Notes under the pieces: generated by a model
What the model was told of the DNA's origin: nothing
Seen by the model: only the letters and a program-made list of their open reading frames with translations
The model's database searches: none
In this document: piece after piece, positions 30,270 to 42,728 of the stretch
Position numbering within the stretch: position 1 is the stretch's first letter
Layout: each line of letters opens with the position of its first letter
Made by a program: the position numbers and the translations under genes
Origin: Bugula neritina
Taxonomy: Eukaryota; Animalia; Bryozoa
Direction: 5' to 3'
DNA length: 64,000 bases
Assembly (NCBI GenBank): GCA_964035545.1
Contig: OZ037765.1
Span: forward strand, 29,449,504-29,513,503

Positions 30270-30720
30270 TAATGATAATAATTATGATATTGATAAGTAT
30301 AACTATAACTATTAGTATTACTATTAGTATTACTCAGAGTCAGTATTACTATTAGCATTACTATTACCAATACTATTACTAATAGCATTAGTATTACTAT
30401 AACTTATACTATAAGACAAGTATAACTTAAACCATAACTGTATAAGTATAAGTATAATTATTAGTATAACTATAAGTATTACTATAGTATTGGTGTTAGT
30501 ATTACCAAGTATAAAGCTAAAACTAAAAGCAATCGTAGACGTAATAGTAAAACTAAATACAAGTACAGTATTTTGGCTATGAGTTTCCATTTTAATTTGA
30601 GTATCACTTTTTAATAAATTAATGTATTAAAAATTAAAATTAACTACATTTTTATTTTCATTTTTATTTTCACTTTCAACATCAACATGAACATGAACAT
30701 GATGATGATCATGAATATTT
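30270..30720. repeat. Hexamer-periodic low-complexity tract (TATTAG/TATAAC/TATAAG-like)
   Basis: Visible 6-nt periodicity upstream of ATP6V1F. Similar tracts at 7180-7560, 27470-27810, 31510-31625 and 32420-33260. Confidence 0.8.
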
Positions 30721-30929
30721 TTGCAATTTCATTGTTGGGATGTCAGGTCAAATCAATAACTATAGAGTACTCAAATAATTTTAATTGAAAGCAAGCCTTG
30801 CTATTAATATTAAAATACTAGGAGCATTGTAATGGTCGCTAACCACAAATTATTCTTAACAGTTAACAAGGTTACTGTCAGTATCACTATGCTAGTTTTC
30901 ATGATCAACTTTCGCTTTACAAAACGGAT

Positions 30930-30938
30930 GTCACGTGA
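30930..30938. promoter_or_regulatory. CLEAR-like E-box GTCACGTGA upstream of ATP6V1F
   Basis: 9/10 match to the MiT/TFE CLEAR consensus GTCACGTGAC, about 970 nt upstream of the V-ATPase F start codon. Confidence 0.35.
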
Positions 30939-31709
30939 AGTTCCCTTGGAGGTGATTTTTTATTCTCAACGTCTTATCGCTAATCGTATATTTTCAACAA
31001 ATTTTCGAAAATAAAGCGTTGGTAAAGGTTTATAAACTATAAACATACCGTACGTTTAAAAATATAGCTAGTGAATGTTTCCGATATTTGGCTGACTGCA
31101 TTTTCGACTGTTTGTCTTTTTTGAAAAAGACAGAAATAATTGATGACGACGACGCACTGCTTTAGTTTTAGAAACGCCGCACGTAAGGATTTCTTCACAT
31201 GTTTCGAGTGTTATTGACGTATGTATAAAATCACAAGCATCGTGATCACCTATTTACGCGGTAAAAATGTACTTCTCCTGTTTTTGATTCAATGTTTCAT
31301 TCAACTATTTCAATTTCTACTAAATAGTTAGGAGGTTAAGTTAAAGGAAATGATTGAATCATTCTTAATAACTAGCAATATCTTTTTCATAAGTTTTTGT
31401 TAAGATAAATATTTGTTTCACTTTAGTGTACAACTCCAAGTGCTAAAGACAACTAATCATAATGATAATGTTGCAAACATTGTTAAACTTAACGTTTTAA
31501 CGTTTGTATTCAGTATGAGTATGAGTATGACTATGAGTATCACTCAGTATCAGTATGACTATGAGTATCACTCAGTATCAGTATGACTATCACTATGAGT
31601 ATGACTATGATTTCTATGCGTATCTGTATTGTAAAACTAAATGTAAATGTAATTTACTTAGTAATTCTTCATGTCCATCATTCATGTTGTGGCCAAGCGC
31701 TGAGAAATG

Positions 31710-32413
31710 CCATGGGTAGGTACATCAAATGATAATTTTCAAGTAACGCTTTACAGTTTAATATTAGGTTAGATCGGTAGAAAAGAAAATTTGAGTGAGC
31801 TTCAATGCGCTCTCAAGAGGCAAGATCAACTACCAGTGCAGATATTAACTTGTAAATTTATTACGTTCAACCAGTTACCCGGACAGTTAAATCTTCAGTT
31901 CACGCCATGAATGCTTTAGCGAACCCATGCGTTTAGCAACAATAGCGTAATGGCTATCTCAAAAATCTACAAGTCTCGAGCATAGCCTTCGACTTAAATC
32001 ATTATAACTAAATAGCTAAAGCATAATATCATCATATTAATACTTCAATTGATAGAAAACCTTTAGAGATGGTATCAAAATATATTCATTTTACATATCT
32101 GTCACAAATTATAACTTAAATTATCGATTGAAAAACATGGATTTTTACTATACTTCAACACTACTTACTACAAGGGGCAGATGATTAGAAGGGGTTCGTG
32201 ATCATAAAATCAGTTTAATATAAGGCTCTGCTACACAATGATATCTTCAAATTTTCTCTGCATGAACTATACTAAAAGTTATTAGCAAATCAAAAAGAGG
32301 TCTAAACAGGTTTTCTACGCTGTATGCTCCCCAGATTTGACCCGGGCTATCGATGCCACTCGATTTTGCGAAAGTAGGCGGGGCTAAAGGATACTTGATG
32401 TACCTAGCCATGG
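31710..32413. mobile_element. Non-autonomous TIR element (MITE), about 704 bp
   Basis: 19-bp terminal inverted repeats CCATGGGTAGGTACATCAA (31710-31728) and TTGATGTACCTAGCCATGG (32395-32413), one mismatch. No ORF; interrupts a low-complexity tract; TSD unclear. Confidence 0.75.
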
Positions 32414-32480
32414 GCAATCGACATCACTATCACTTATACTCAGTATGAGTATACTCTAACTCTAAGTCTATACTCTATAG

Positions 32481-32573
32481 TCTATAGGCATAGCGACTAT
32501 AACAATAACTATAAGTTATAGTAATAGTATAAGTATAACTTATAGTTGATGTTATAGTCGCTATGCCTATAGA
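32481..32573. repeat. Hairpin with arms of about 40 bp
   Basis: TCTATAGGCATAGCGACTATAACAATAACTATAAGTTATA ... TATAACTTATAGTTGATGTTATAGTCGCTATGCCTATAGA. Confidence 0.88.
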
Positions 32574-33790
32574 GTATCAGTATACGTATGACTTATCAAT
32601 ATCAGAGTATAAATCAGTCTCGTGGCATAATGATAATCATATGTCCATCACCATGGCTACGAGTTATGAGTATCAGGTATCACTATGACTATCAGTATTT
32701 TTGTAAGTATGACACTATCACTATGAAGTATAACTGTAAGTATCAGAATAAAAATATAAGTATAAGTAATAAAGTGTTAATTTTAAATTGAGTTATACTT
32801 TAAGATTATATCAATACTTATAGTATCAATATGAATAACTATAAGAAATTGAATAATGAAAATTAAAATACTCAAATAAACTTATTATTAATCTAATGAC
32901 GTTAATTTTATTTTTGGACTTGATAAATAAATATTACAATTGATATCATTAATATTGATAAATTTAAAATTATTATCATTATGATTATAAGTATCTAATA
33001 ATCATAACGATTATGCTTCAACTCTTTAAAATATTTTATTATCATATTAATAATCATTAAGTTTAATTATAAGTTTAACCTGACGGTGATACTGATTACG
33101 TCCAATCACTCTAACATTATTTTCATGTTTAATTTTAAGTAATAAGCTAATGTTATTATCATTATGAGATTAACTTTAAATTTGGGCTACAATTTAAATT
33201 ATAATTATCATTAAATCTTATTGATAAAAATAAGAATAGTATAAATATCAGCATAAGTACCGGCATGTATTATAATTTTTTTAGTTTTGAATATTTTAAT
33301 TGATACCGGAGTTGTTGTATTATTCTTTACAATGCCAATTGGCACTGCACTAAACACTTAGTCTTGCAGTTATTCGGAAACTTAAGGTTATGGCTTGCAC
33401 TTGACAAATGCCAGTAAATGTAACACCAACAGCAACTTTAGTAGGACTTGGTCTTGCTCTCACACTATGACTGGCAGTTACTTTAAGGTTGTTGTTTTCA
33501 ACTTTTGTGTCAACTGTTTTGCACTTGTGTTTTATTTTTTGTAGTCATTGTCACTATAACTGTTAATCATAAAGAAATTCATCAAGTTTAGTGGTAATAT
33601 ATCATTTTTAATCAAACATTTAAATATAAAGTGATAAGATCTATGTGACTATAAATGTATTAGTAAGTGATAAGAAGTGGTGAATATTGATGAGCTTTTT
33701 ATTTATTGTAGCTTTATTATATGTGGTAGGATAGCCTATGGTAGTTTGAAAGACGCAAACGATACCATCAGTATTTTACAGTTCTGAGTC

Positions 33791-36151
33791 ATGGCTTCTG
33801 ACAGCCAGGTGAAAAGCCAGGTGAAAACCCAAGCCTCTCATGGTTAGTCGAGTTTAGTTATCTGTGAAATGGGATTAGGATATGTTAAAACCACGTCTCG
33901 AATAGATTCTGTTATGAATTTTTTTCTGTCAACCAAATAGTTCCCAGTTTTTATCCTGCAAAGAATGTATTAAAAAGTTGATTATAATTATAATTTGTAA
34001 AGTTGCAGTCTGAGTTTATATTAAACTTGGAATAAGTGATAGTAATTTGTCAATATCCATGTATTTGTTAAAATTTCTAAACCTTTTCAGGGCATCTCAA
34101 GTATGTGAGTCTAGTTACACTGACAGTGCAGAATGCTGCCCTAATATTGTGGATGCGCTATGTTCGCACCCGGGATGTTGACGAGATGTTTATTTCTGCC
34201 ACTGCTGTGTTGCTGGCTGAGCTAAGCAAGTGTGTTATTGCTCTGCTGATCATTCTATACCAGGTAAGTGAGCATGCTACTTCAGGTACTTTAGTAATCT
34301 TGTATTTAGACATATAATGCTATGTGAGTCAGTTGTCTGTATGTAGCAGTATGCTTGTACAGAATGCTGACTGAATTTATGTCTAAAGTTCTTGTGGAGT
34401 TAATTTATTTATAGAAGTAGGTTAGGTGTCTATAAAGCCCTTTTTCTGTGTAATACATGTTTGGGAAGCTCTTTGGTACTCAGAAAGTTTTGTACTTTAT
34501 CAATTATTATCTACTTTCTGAAGTGTCTAAATGTAAAGGTAAGTTGCAGCGATGACTTACTCTAGACGTGTATCTGTATGCTGTAGGAGAGGAGTGTGTC
34601 CAAGTGGCTAGACCATCTCTATCAGAACCTCATACTGAACCCCATGGACAATGTGAAGGTCTCCGTACCCGCCTTTGTATACGTCATGCAGAATAACCTG
34701 CAGTTCCTAGCAGTTTCTAATCTGGATGCTGCCACTTACCAGGTGTGACAGCATTCCTCTATACTTTATTGCTACAATAGCCTAGTCATATAGTAGTCTG
34801 TGTGTACTATGGTATTCCCACATCTTTGTCATACCAATAATAATTGTCTAATTATTTTCAAGTTGCTAATATGCCATTCTAAATCTCATAGTATGTTGCT
34901 GCCAGTTATATCTATTGGTGCTTATACTATTCTGGTTTTGTTGTCATCTAGTCTAGTAAATCTCTCATAGTCTCACTTCTTCTGCTGTACCAAAAATTAA
35001 CAACTCACATTAGGCTAAATATATGATATATGGAAGTTGTCTTTCTATAGGTGAGCTACCAGTTGAAAATACTGACAACAGCCTTGTTCTCTGTTGGCAT
35101 GCTGAACAGACGTCTGGGTGCGCTGCAGTGGATTGCCCTTGTCATTCTGATGTGTGGAGTGGCGCTCGTCCAGCTTCAGTCGAGTACGTCTAAAGGATCA
35201 GATGGCGAGGAGTTGAAACATCAGAATGCGCTGGTGGGCATGATTGCTGTCATCACCAGCTGCCTGATGTCTGGCTTTGCCGGCGTCTACTTTGAGAAGA
35301 TCTTGAAAGGTTCTCCACAGTCTGTGTGGCTGAGGAACGTTCAACTCGGATTCCTGGGAACAATAATAGGTTTGTTAGCAAGACTTGCTTAGAATGAATT
35401 CAAACCTTCTGTGTTAGAGCTACATTTACGTTCAAAGATAAAAAAATTGCAGTCTTATATGTTGAAAAACAGGTAACCTTGCAAATTGTAACATTTTCTT
35501 CTCATCTTAAATATATCATTTATTCAGGATTTCAATGTTTGCTAGTTTTGCTATCTGGTTAAATTGTTCGATAGAGGTTAGACATTTTTAGGCATCACTA
35601 AATGAATACCTCGTGTTTTCTCATTCAATCCATTCTAACTTGATCCTACAATAGCCTGCTTGGAAAGGTTTAGTCTAATCTTCAAACAACTTTTTGTTTC
35701 CCTCAAATATTATTATATTATTAAGAAAATACGTAAATGCAGGGTTTAATTGTTGAGTTGCTTATATTGTAGACTTCATTTCGTGCTGTTGCTACTCTGG
35801 TTATTGTATTTTCTTGTAGGTTTAATCACATTGTTTGTAAAGGATGGTAAGGAGGTATCAGAATCTGGCTTCTTCAAAGGATATGACTGGGCTGTGTGGC
35901 TGGCAATCATGCTCTCATCTGCTGGAGGTTTATTAGTGGCGGTTGTTGTAAAATATGCAGACAATATCTTAAAAGGCTTTGCCACGTCTGCTGCCATTAT
36001 TCTATCCTGTATTATTTCAATATATTTCTTCAACTTTCAGCTGTCCATACAGTTTGTGGGCGGAGCAACACTTGTAATGATATCTGTATATATGTATGGC
36101 AGGTTCCCGTATGTAGCACCAGCTGTTACTGAGGCCAGTAGTAATGCCTGA
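33791..36151 (+). CDS. SLC35A2: UDP-galactose translocator (SLC35A nucleotide-sugar transporter), 343 aa
   Basis: Exons 33791-33842, 34091-34263, 34587-34742, 35051-35369, 35820-36151 (1032 nt). Motifs [83 protein letters not shown]2 versus A3 assignment rests on recalled motifs. Confidence 0.9.
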
Positions 36152-37939
36152 TATGTACACGTTTATGTTTATATGGTGGTGTTTGTAGTGTAGTAATTTC
36201 TGTGATAACCGCATCATTTAACTTATTGCATCAGTTCGAGCACCTACAAGTCCCTTTAACTTATGTTTTTTATAAGTATTCCAATAACCTTTGCGGAAAG
36301 TTTTAAGCTTTTTTATGGTACCTAAGAGTTGTTGATATTAATGCTAACCTGTCTCATATCTATTCCGGGGTTTGATTGGTTAACCAAAGTTTGAATGAAC
36401 TGCTAATGTGTTCACTTTGTAAAGTACATGTTTTTGTTGCAGTTTTGTGAAGTATTTCCACATAACTCTGTCTTTTATAGTAGTATTTTATATTATTCTG
36501 ATCTATTACATTTACCAGCTGTAGTTAATATTAACACCTAATAGGTGTGGTAGTTTTTTATTGCTCGCTTAACCCTGTGGAACTCTTAAGACTTCAGTTA
36601 TGCAAACATATTATATATTATTACATCACTGAAGATAAATAATGTTCATTAAGATCCTTCCATCTGATGCACAGCAAAACCTCCAATTAACCTGTTTGCT
36701 CAAACTATTTACTATTCCCCATTTCCCAAATTCTATAATAAAGTGTGTTACAACATAAAAAAATTATTGGTTTCTGGTATGGGTGTGTTGGCCTAATAAT
36801 ATTTTGCTCACTTTGTAATATAAAACCATCACACCTTATTAACAATAAATAATAATATTTGCCTCTAACATGTTATGAATTAAACAATAATTTTTTAATA
36901 ATATAATAGATTGCTGTTTGCTTACATTATTTATTTATTACAACCAGCAGACAACTGAGTTGCCCGTGAGCAAGTAGGTTTTTTGAGAAATTGTCCCACA
37001 CCTAGCTTTAACTAGAAAATCTCTCAAGCGACAACACGTGCATTCTATCAAAAACAGAAATGGCGCTAGCCACCAGAGTTCTCCAATATCAACTTGAATC
37101 AACATGGTGTAACTCACACATGTCAAGAAAAAAGCAGTATCTTCAATTTATTTTGTAATTTCTAATTTACCAATAATTTGTTATCTTCCTTTCCATGCAG
37201 AGAACACAACTACAAGTCAAACCAATTTGGCTACATCAACATGGAATATAGTGTTATAGGTGTGGTTAATAATATAAGTATTGGGATGAGTAGTAGAGTA
37301 TGTGTGCAAAATAGATAGATTATGTGTAGATCATAGAAGATCGAGGAACTAGATTTAGAAATGCATCTGAGTTCACAATAGATTATGAATGAACATTGGA
37401 AATGTGTTAGTGCGTTCATCAGCCTAGAATCCTAGATCTTAGAGCACTACCAGACGAGTGCCTCAACTAGGAAGCCTTATTCACTCCATAGAGTATAAGA
37501 TATTAATAGCTAAAGTTAATATAGCAGCCAAGCTAAACAAGTGTTAATACACCAACTCTCAAGCTGTATGAAAGAAACATGAGTTGGACATTCAACATGC
37601 AGGAACATCACTGCATCATTGTAAGGATATAGCCTGTAACATGATTATAGATAGCAAATAGTCACAAACTTAAAATATCTGAATTATTTTTTACATTAAG
37701 GCTTCAAAAATTGCAGCTGTTGTATTCAACCATTAAAAAAGAGTGTTCAGCTATAACAGCGACAGATATGATGCAACTGCAGCTAAATATAAATTTACCA
37801 GACAGAATTGTCACTGCCCTATGAAATAATAATATATTGAAAGTAACAAAAGTGACAAGCAACTCATCATTGGACATTATTGGCAGTTGCTTTTTAATGA
37901 AAATAGAAAACGTGGAAGACGTGCCTAACTGCACATGTA

Positions 37940-39656
37940 CCGTAAAATGGGGTAACTTTAGCCACTTGGGGTAACTTTGGCCACTTTGGAAAAAATGTTT
38001 AAAATATAGCTGGTGCTATATCTATGAAGTTTAAAGATATTTTAATTGTATATATGCACTGACTGCAGATTGGTGCATCCTATTCCTGAAAAATAATTGA
38101 TATACTTATTTGCTGCTTCTTGCTGTCAGCCATTTTCAATTTCCTGTTTGACAACAAGATTTTCAGCGCTGTCCAACTTTAATCTATTTGAAGGCATTAG
38201 AAAAGCTGGACTCATTTTCTTTTTTGTATTAAAGAACTTTGGTAAGTATTTAACCAGGATATTTGTAATTTAGGTAAATGAATTGAAATCCAAAATTAAA
38301 ATATGTGTCTTGAATTCACTGTGTACAATTTTTGACGAATTTGGGGTAACTTTGGCCATGACTAAATGGTACTCCAAAGTAGGTTTCTGGCAGCGCTGCA
38401 AATTTTCTGTTACTTCAGACACATAGTACATTACTCTCTAAAGGCACAATCATTTGATTCACCTATACCCAATGCTTTAGTTATATATTTGAAACAACTT
38501 AGAGTCCGAAATATGAAATAATTACATGGGGAATTATGCATTTTTGTTCCCAGACAGCAATTTTGTGTTTAATGTTTTTTTTTATATAAGAATTTGACCA
38601 TGCATTGTAAAATGTATTTTTCAAGACAATTATACTCAGAAAATATTAAAGAAAAGTAACATCTCCAAGATATGGTATATCTGAGGAGATCATTGGTTTT
38701 GCTTTATTCACAAGAATTGGCAGCTGGAAAGTCTTGACAAGAAGTGGCTAGAAATATGATATTACCAAAGGAACACTACAAAACAGAGCCGCATGAAGAC
38801 ACAAGCTGAAGCCTGGACGCCAAACTGTGTTATCACAAGTAGAGGAGGTAGCCATTGTTGACCATACCTACTACAAAGCTGGCTCAATGGGGCTTTCCAT
38901 TAGATAAAACAGACTTTCGAATAATAGTCAAGACCTATTTTGACAAATGTGAGAGAAGAGTGCAACATTTCAAAAGCAACTACCCTCAAGATCACTGGAG
39001 TCTCAGTTTTATGTCAAGACATAAAGATAGCTTGTCTTACAGGTTGTGCCAAAACATAGCACCGGGATGGGCAACAGTTAATTCTGAAGACATTACGCAT
39101 TATTTAAAAAATCTTCAGACAACTGCCACAGCCTATAGTTTGAAAGGGCATACTTGAATTTAAGATTAAATTCAATGGAATTTGAACTTGTACAGTGATT
39201 TATTCAATGTTGCCAGCAAAATACATGATTTTTATACATATACAAAAGTTTTTACACTTAATAACAATGTACCTCGAATAGCTGTGGTTTCAATGCATTA
39301 ATTACACTATTATAGCTTGCATTTTGTTTAAAATAATTTTTTTTTGTAGTAATGAAGTTGAATAATGTTGTTCTTTAATTTCTAACTGGCTAAAAAACCT
39401 CCAGGTGCTGCTAACTTTAGCTACATGGAGAATAACGACACCGGCCAAAGTTACCCCGAAAATAGGATAACTTTGGCCACCTACTTTTTTTAATACCACA
39501 GGAGATCTAGCAGTCCCAAACTGCAAATGGTTCTTACATTTAGTGCATATGTTGATAAGCTTCATTTAGCATCCACAAATTTTAAAGAATATTGTAATCC
39601 TTTCATATGACACCCAAAATATGTCTCAAAACGGCCAATGTTACCCCATTTTACGG
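37940..39656 (+). mobile_element. Internally deleted pogo/Tigger-type (Tc1-mariner superfamily) DNA transposon
   Basis: 24-bp TIRs CCGTAAAATGGGGTAAC(T/A)TT(A/G)GCC with TA target duplication on both sides; internal GGGGTAACTTTGGCC repeats. Frameshifted HTH-psq/CENP-B-like transposase N-terminus at 38720-39157 (KGTLQNR..PGRQTVLS..EE..QWGFPL..N.P...W..SFMSRH); no DDE domain. Confidence 0.92.
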
Positions 39657-39994
39657 TATATAGATGCACATTAAGGGTTCGTCTTTTTAAGGCTAAAATT
39701 TTAAGCACATACCAATTGATACAGTAACTTTGTATAATGCATTTCTAAAGTAGAGCATAATAATATATAACATGGGGAGCAGTTACTAATGTAAAGTTAG
39801 CTAAGCTAACGCAACTCAATTTGAGTTTGCAAAACCTTTAATACAAGTGTCCTCTATATATAAGCAATTTTTCTTAAGCAACCAACCCAAGTAATTAAGT
39901 TATAAGAAATGTGCAAGTTGATAACTATTAATTTTATGCTCTTGAAATTGATAGATTTCTGTCAATAGTCAATTAGGGCAAACATATTATTATC

Positions 39995-40700
39995 ATCTCT
40001 CAGGTTGATATACTCCAGCTCATATATGGCACTGAGGCTCATTTTAACGTATTTTTCTCATGATTCAACTAGATTATCTTTTTAAACTTTTCACTGTGTT
40101 CTTATAGAAGAACTTTTTTCCCAACAGTTAATTTACTGCAATCATAATAGGAAAACAGCTTCCTGTACATGAGATGTGTATTTTAATGCATGAAACTATA
40201 GTCGCCTTGGAGGGTCTGATGACCTTGCCCTCATTCACCACTGCCTGTTTGATGGCCTCTATACTCCTCTGCTCAGCTCTCTTATTCCCCAGACCTGGGT
40301 TTAGCTTCTGCACTCGAGCCTCGGCAGTTTTCTTGACCATCTCTACTTTTCTGCTCTTTGCTTTCTTTTGTTGGGCCACGCTCTCTTCTTGTCAGTTGAA
40401 CCCATTTATCTTTATATATTGTACTTTGAACAGCCTTAAAACATAGCTCAATATGTCTTGATTAAATGAATAGTATAAAATAAAATATATGCAAGTGAAA
40501 TAGCACCAGTTGGATAGTTCACTGGTTTACTATATTATTCGTTTTATCTTTTCTATAGACCACTGTTCTTTCCTGGTTTATTTTCTGAACCAGGGCTTGT
40601 GCCATCTTATTCATTATCGGAATTTTTTTCTGAATTTTTTTTTTTCCTCTTGGTAGCCTTGGTGTCTTTTAGGCTCTTAACTTCTATTTTTGATTTCTAT
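39995..40700 (-). pseudogene. Scrambled Mpp10 exon fragments (exon-11-like, exon 11, exon 8)
   Basis: 40410-40206 is near-identical to main exon 11 (MVKKTAEARVQKLNPGLGNKRAEQRS). 40125-39995 is exon 8 with stops (MSLSAIYELEYINLRD). 40697-40560 is a highly diverged exon 11. Confidence 0.85.
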
Positions 40701-41259
40701 ATTATATAACATAATAAAACAACTTATACTTTCAGCAAACACTGCATGTTTCTAGAATTGTTTGTGAACTTACTACCATGCAGAGTTATTAACTTCTACC
40801 TGCACAAATTAGGTGGCTCAAAATGGGCTTTATATAAAATTAAAGGCTAAAAGTTTCTAACATTTTATTAGAGGGATTTTTGATGATGGTAAATGGCATA
40901 TTATTCTTGTATCTTCCCCCAATGCAGCTCCAGCTCTAATTGTTACTATATGGGGACTACTCAAACTCTAAAGGTTTTGATAATTCAGAGAATTAAAGCC
41001 AATGTGAAACTGATATGGTTGCACTCCTTTAATGCAAAATCTTGTATAATCATGCAGCTGAAGCTCTGTATTTACAATAATTATATGACAAATTACTGGT
41101 ATTTGTCACAGTTGGTAATGAAACACTATACATGTTGGGAGTAGGAATTTAACAAACCAAGGACTGACTTCTGATTGGCTGTTGTACAACACCAGTCTGC
41201 TGCTGTAGAAATGTGTTTTTATTGAAGTTTTAGTCATATGATGATGTGGGGAGGAAAAC

Positions 41260-42704
41260 TTTAAATTTGTTTTATGCTCAACACATTACTATGCTGTAAC
41301 TAGAAAGTTAGAATATATAGTACAGTGATCAGCGAATTTATAAAATTTTAAACTCAACTGCTAGATACAATTACCCATAATTATTAATAATAAAAATTTA
41401 ATTAAATTATTAAGCATCAAATAGATTTGTCAACATCTTTCTACTTCAGCTTTTTTGTAGTTCAGACTAAAATATTTTAAAAGTATTTTTTTCTCTATTT
41501 TAGACCCGCAGCCAACATCTCAGTATAAATGAGTGTAGAAAACAGCTAAAGTTATGGTTTTATATCACTTTACATTCTTATGAAAGTAGTCAAGATGGTT
41601 CAGAAGTATTTATACAACTGAAGGAGATGATTATTTCAGAATTTGACTCTGAACAAACATGGCAGCACCTGATTTCTACCCACAATATTTACTTTAGCAT
41701 TAATAATGTTAATACAAATGCTAGTGAGATTTTAGGAAAGAATTTTTATTCTCATTATACTAATAATCAAAAAACTTAGCCAGATAATGTAAATCTTACA
41801 TTCTATTTTTGCTATTTTCAAACTGTAGTATCATCTATTATACCTGTGATAATAGTTACCCTAAAGTTTTCTGTATTTAAAGTACAATTGTTTTAATTTC
41901 TCAGATGTATTGCTGCATTGTTCATTGTGCAGTTTGGTTAAGAACTTTTAATTTCAGTCTGCTTATAAACTGTGTCATACATAAACTGTGCTATTTATTG
42001 GCATTGAGCTTTGACATACTATTTTTTCACATTATACTGACACATTATTCCATGATATAACATATGCATGCAGACATTTATTTTATTATAATAAATAAAT
42101 TGCTACGATCTATCAAAAACATCTGTTAATATAATGCTACTTTTATGTTAATTTAAAAACGATTAGCTTTGGAACAGCATATAATTTTTTAGCAAATAAT
42201 ATTTTGTGTGTCTGCTGTGTAAAACATATAATTAGCAACACATGCTCATATTATAAAATTAGTAAAATATGAGTAGTAACAGAGTTGCTCTCTTTTTCCT
42301 TGAAAATCTTTTAATAAAGTCGTAATAGCTTTAGCTTTTCTTGTTAAAATATATTTTGAGTAACATTATCATCTCAACTAATTAATCAGGTGATTATTAG
42401 TGTCAGTCCGTTTACCAACTACCGGAATCTGTGTTTGCTGAATAAACGCTCATGCATCTACTGAGATGTTGGTTGCAGACCTAAAACAGAGAAAATAATA
42501 CTTTTGAAAGGCTTTAGTTTGAACTACAAAAATTCTGAAGTAGAAAGATGTTGACAAATCTATTTGATGCTTAATAATTAAATAAATTATTATTATTCAA
42601 GTGAAATTGTATCCAGCAATTGAGTCTAAAATTTTATAAATTTACTAATCACTGTACCTTCCAGTTACAACATAGTAATGTGTTGAGCATAAAACAAATT
42701 TAAA
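41260..42704. repeat. Inverted repeat with arms of about 260 bp (41260-41533 and 42449-42704)
   Basis: Arms are reverse-complementary, e.g. TTAAGCATCAAATAGATTTGTCAACATCTTTCTACTTCAG versus CTGAAGTAGAAAGATGTTGACAAATCTATTTGATGCTTAA. Each ends in an acceptor plus a decayed Mpp10 exon-2 start. Confidence 0.9.
41504..41760 (+). pseudogene. Inverted, decayed copy of Mpp10 exon 2
   Basis: Reads QLKEMIISEFDSEQTWQHLISTHN versus the main gene PLTELLISGFDSEQIWQQLVYTHD. Confidence 0.8.
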
Positions 42705-42728
42705 TAACATAACTGCCACAATTAAAGC

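Noticed and set aside
30330-30590. Hydrophobic 86-aa ORF resembling a membrane peptide
   Set aside because: Translation of a hexamer low-complexity tract.
30790-31440. CpG-rich segment suspected to be a MITE or Helitron
   Set aside because: Only weak partial inverted similarity; no convincing TIR, TSD or terminal hairpin.
33803-33827. 12-nt duplication AGCCAGGTGAAA in SLC35A2 exon 1 as another donor ladder
   Set aside because: These GT sites are phase 0 while the next exon needs phase 1; a simple coding duplication (SQVK x2).
36940-37935. Coding-like plus-strand frames including an F-box-like LRALPDECL
   Set aside because: Many stops, no consistent exon structure, and the motif is too short to support a call.
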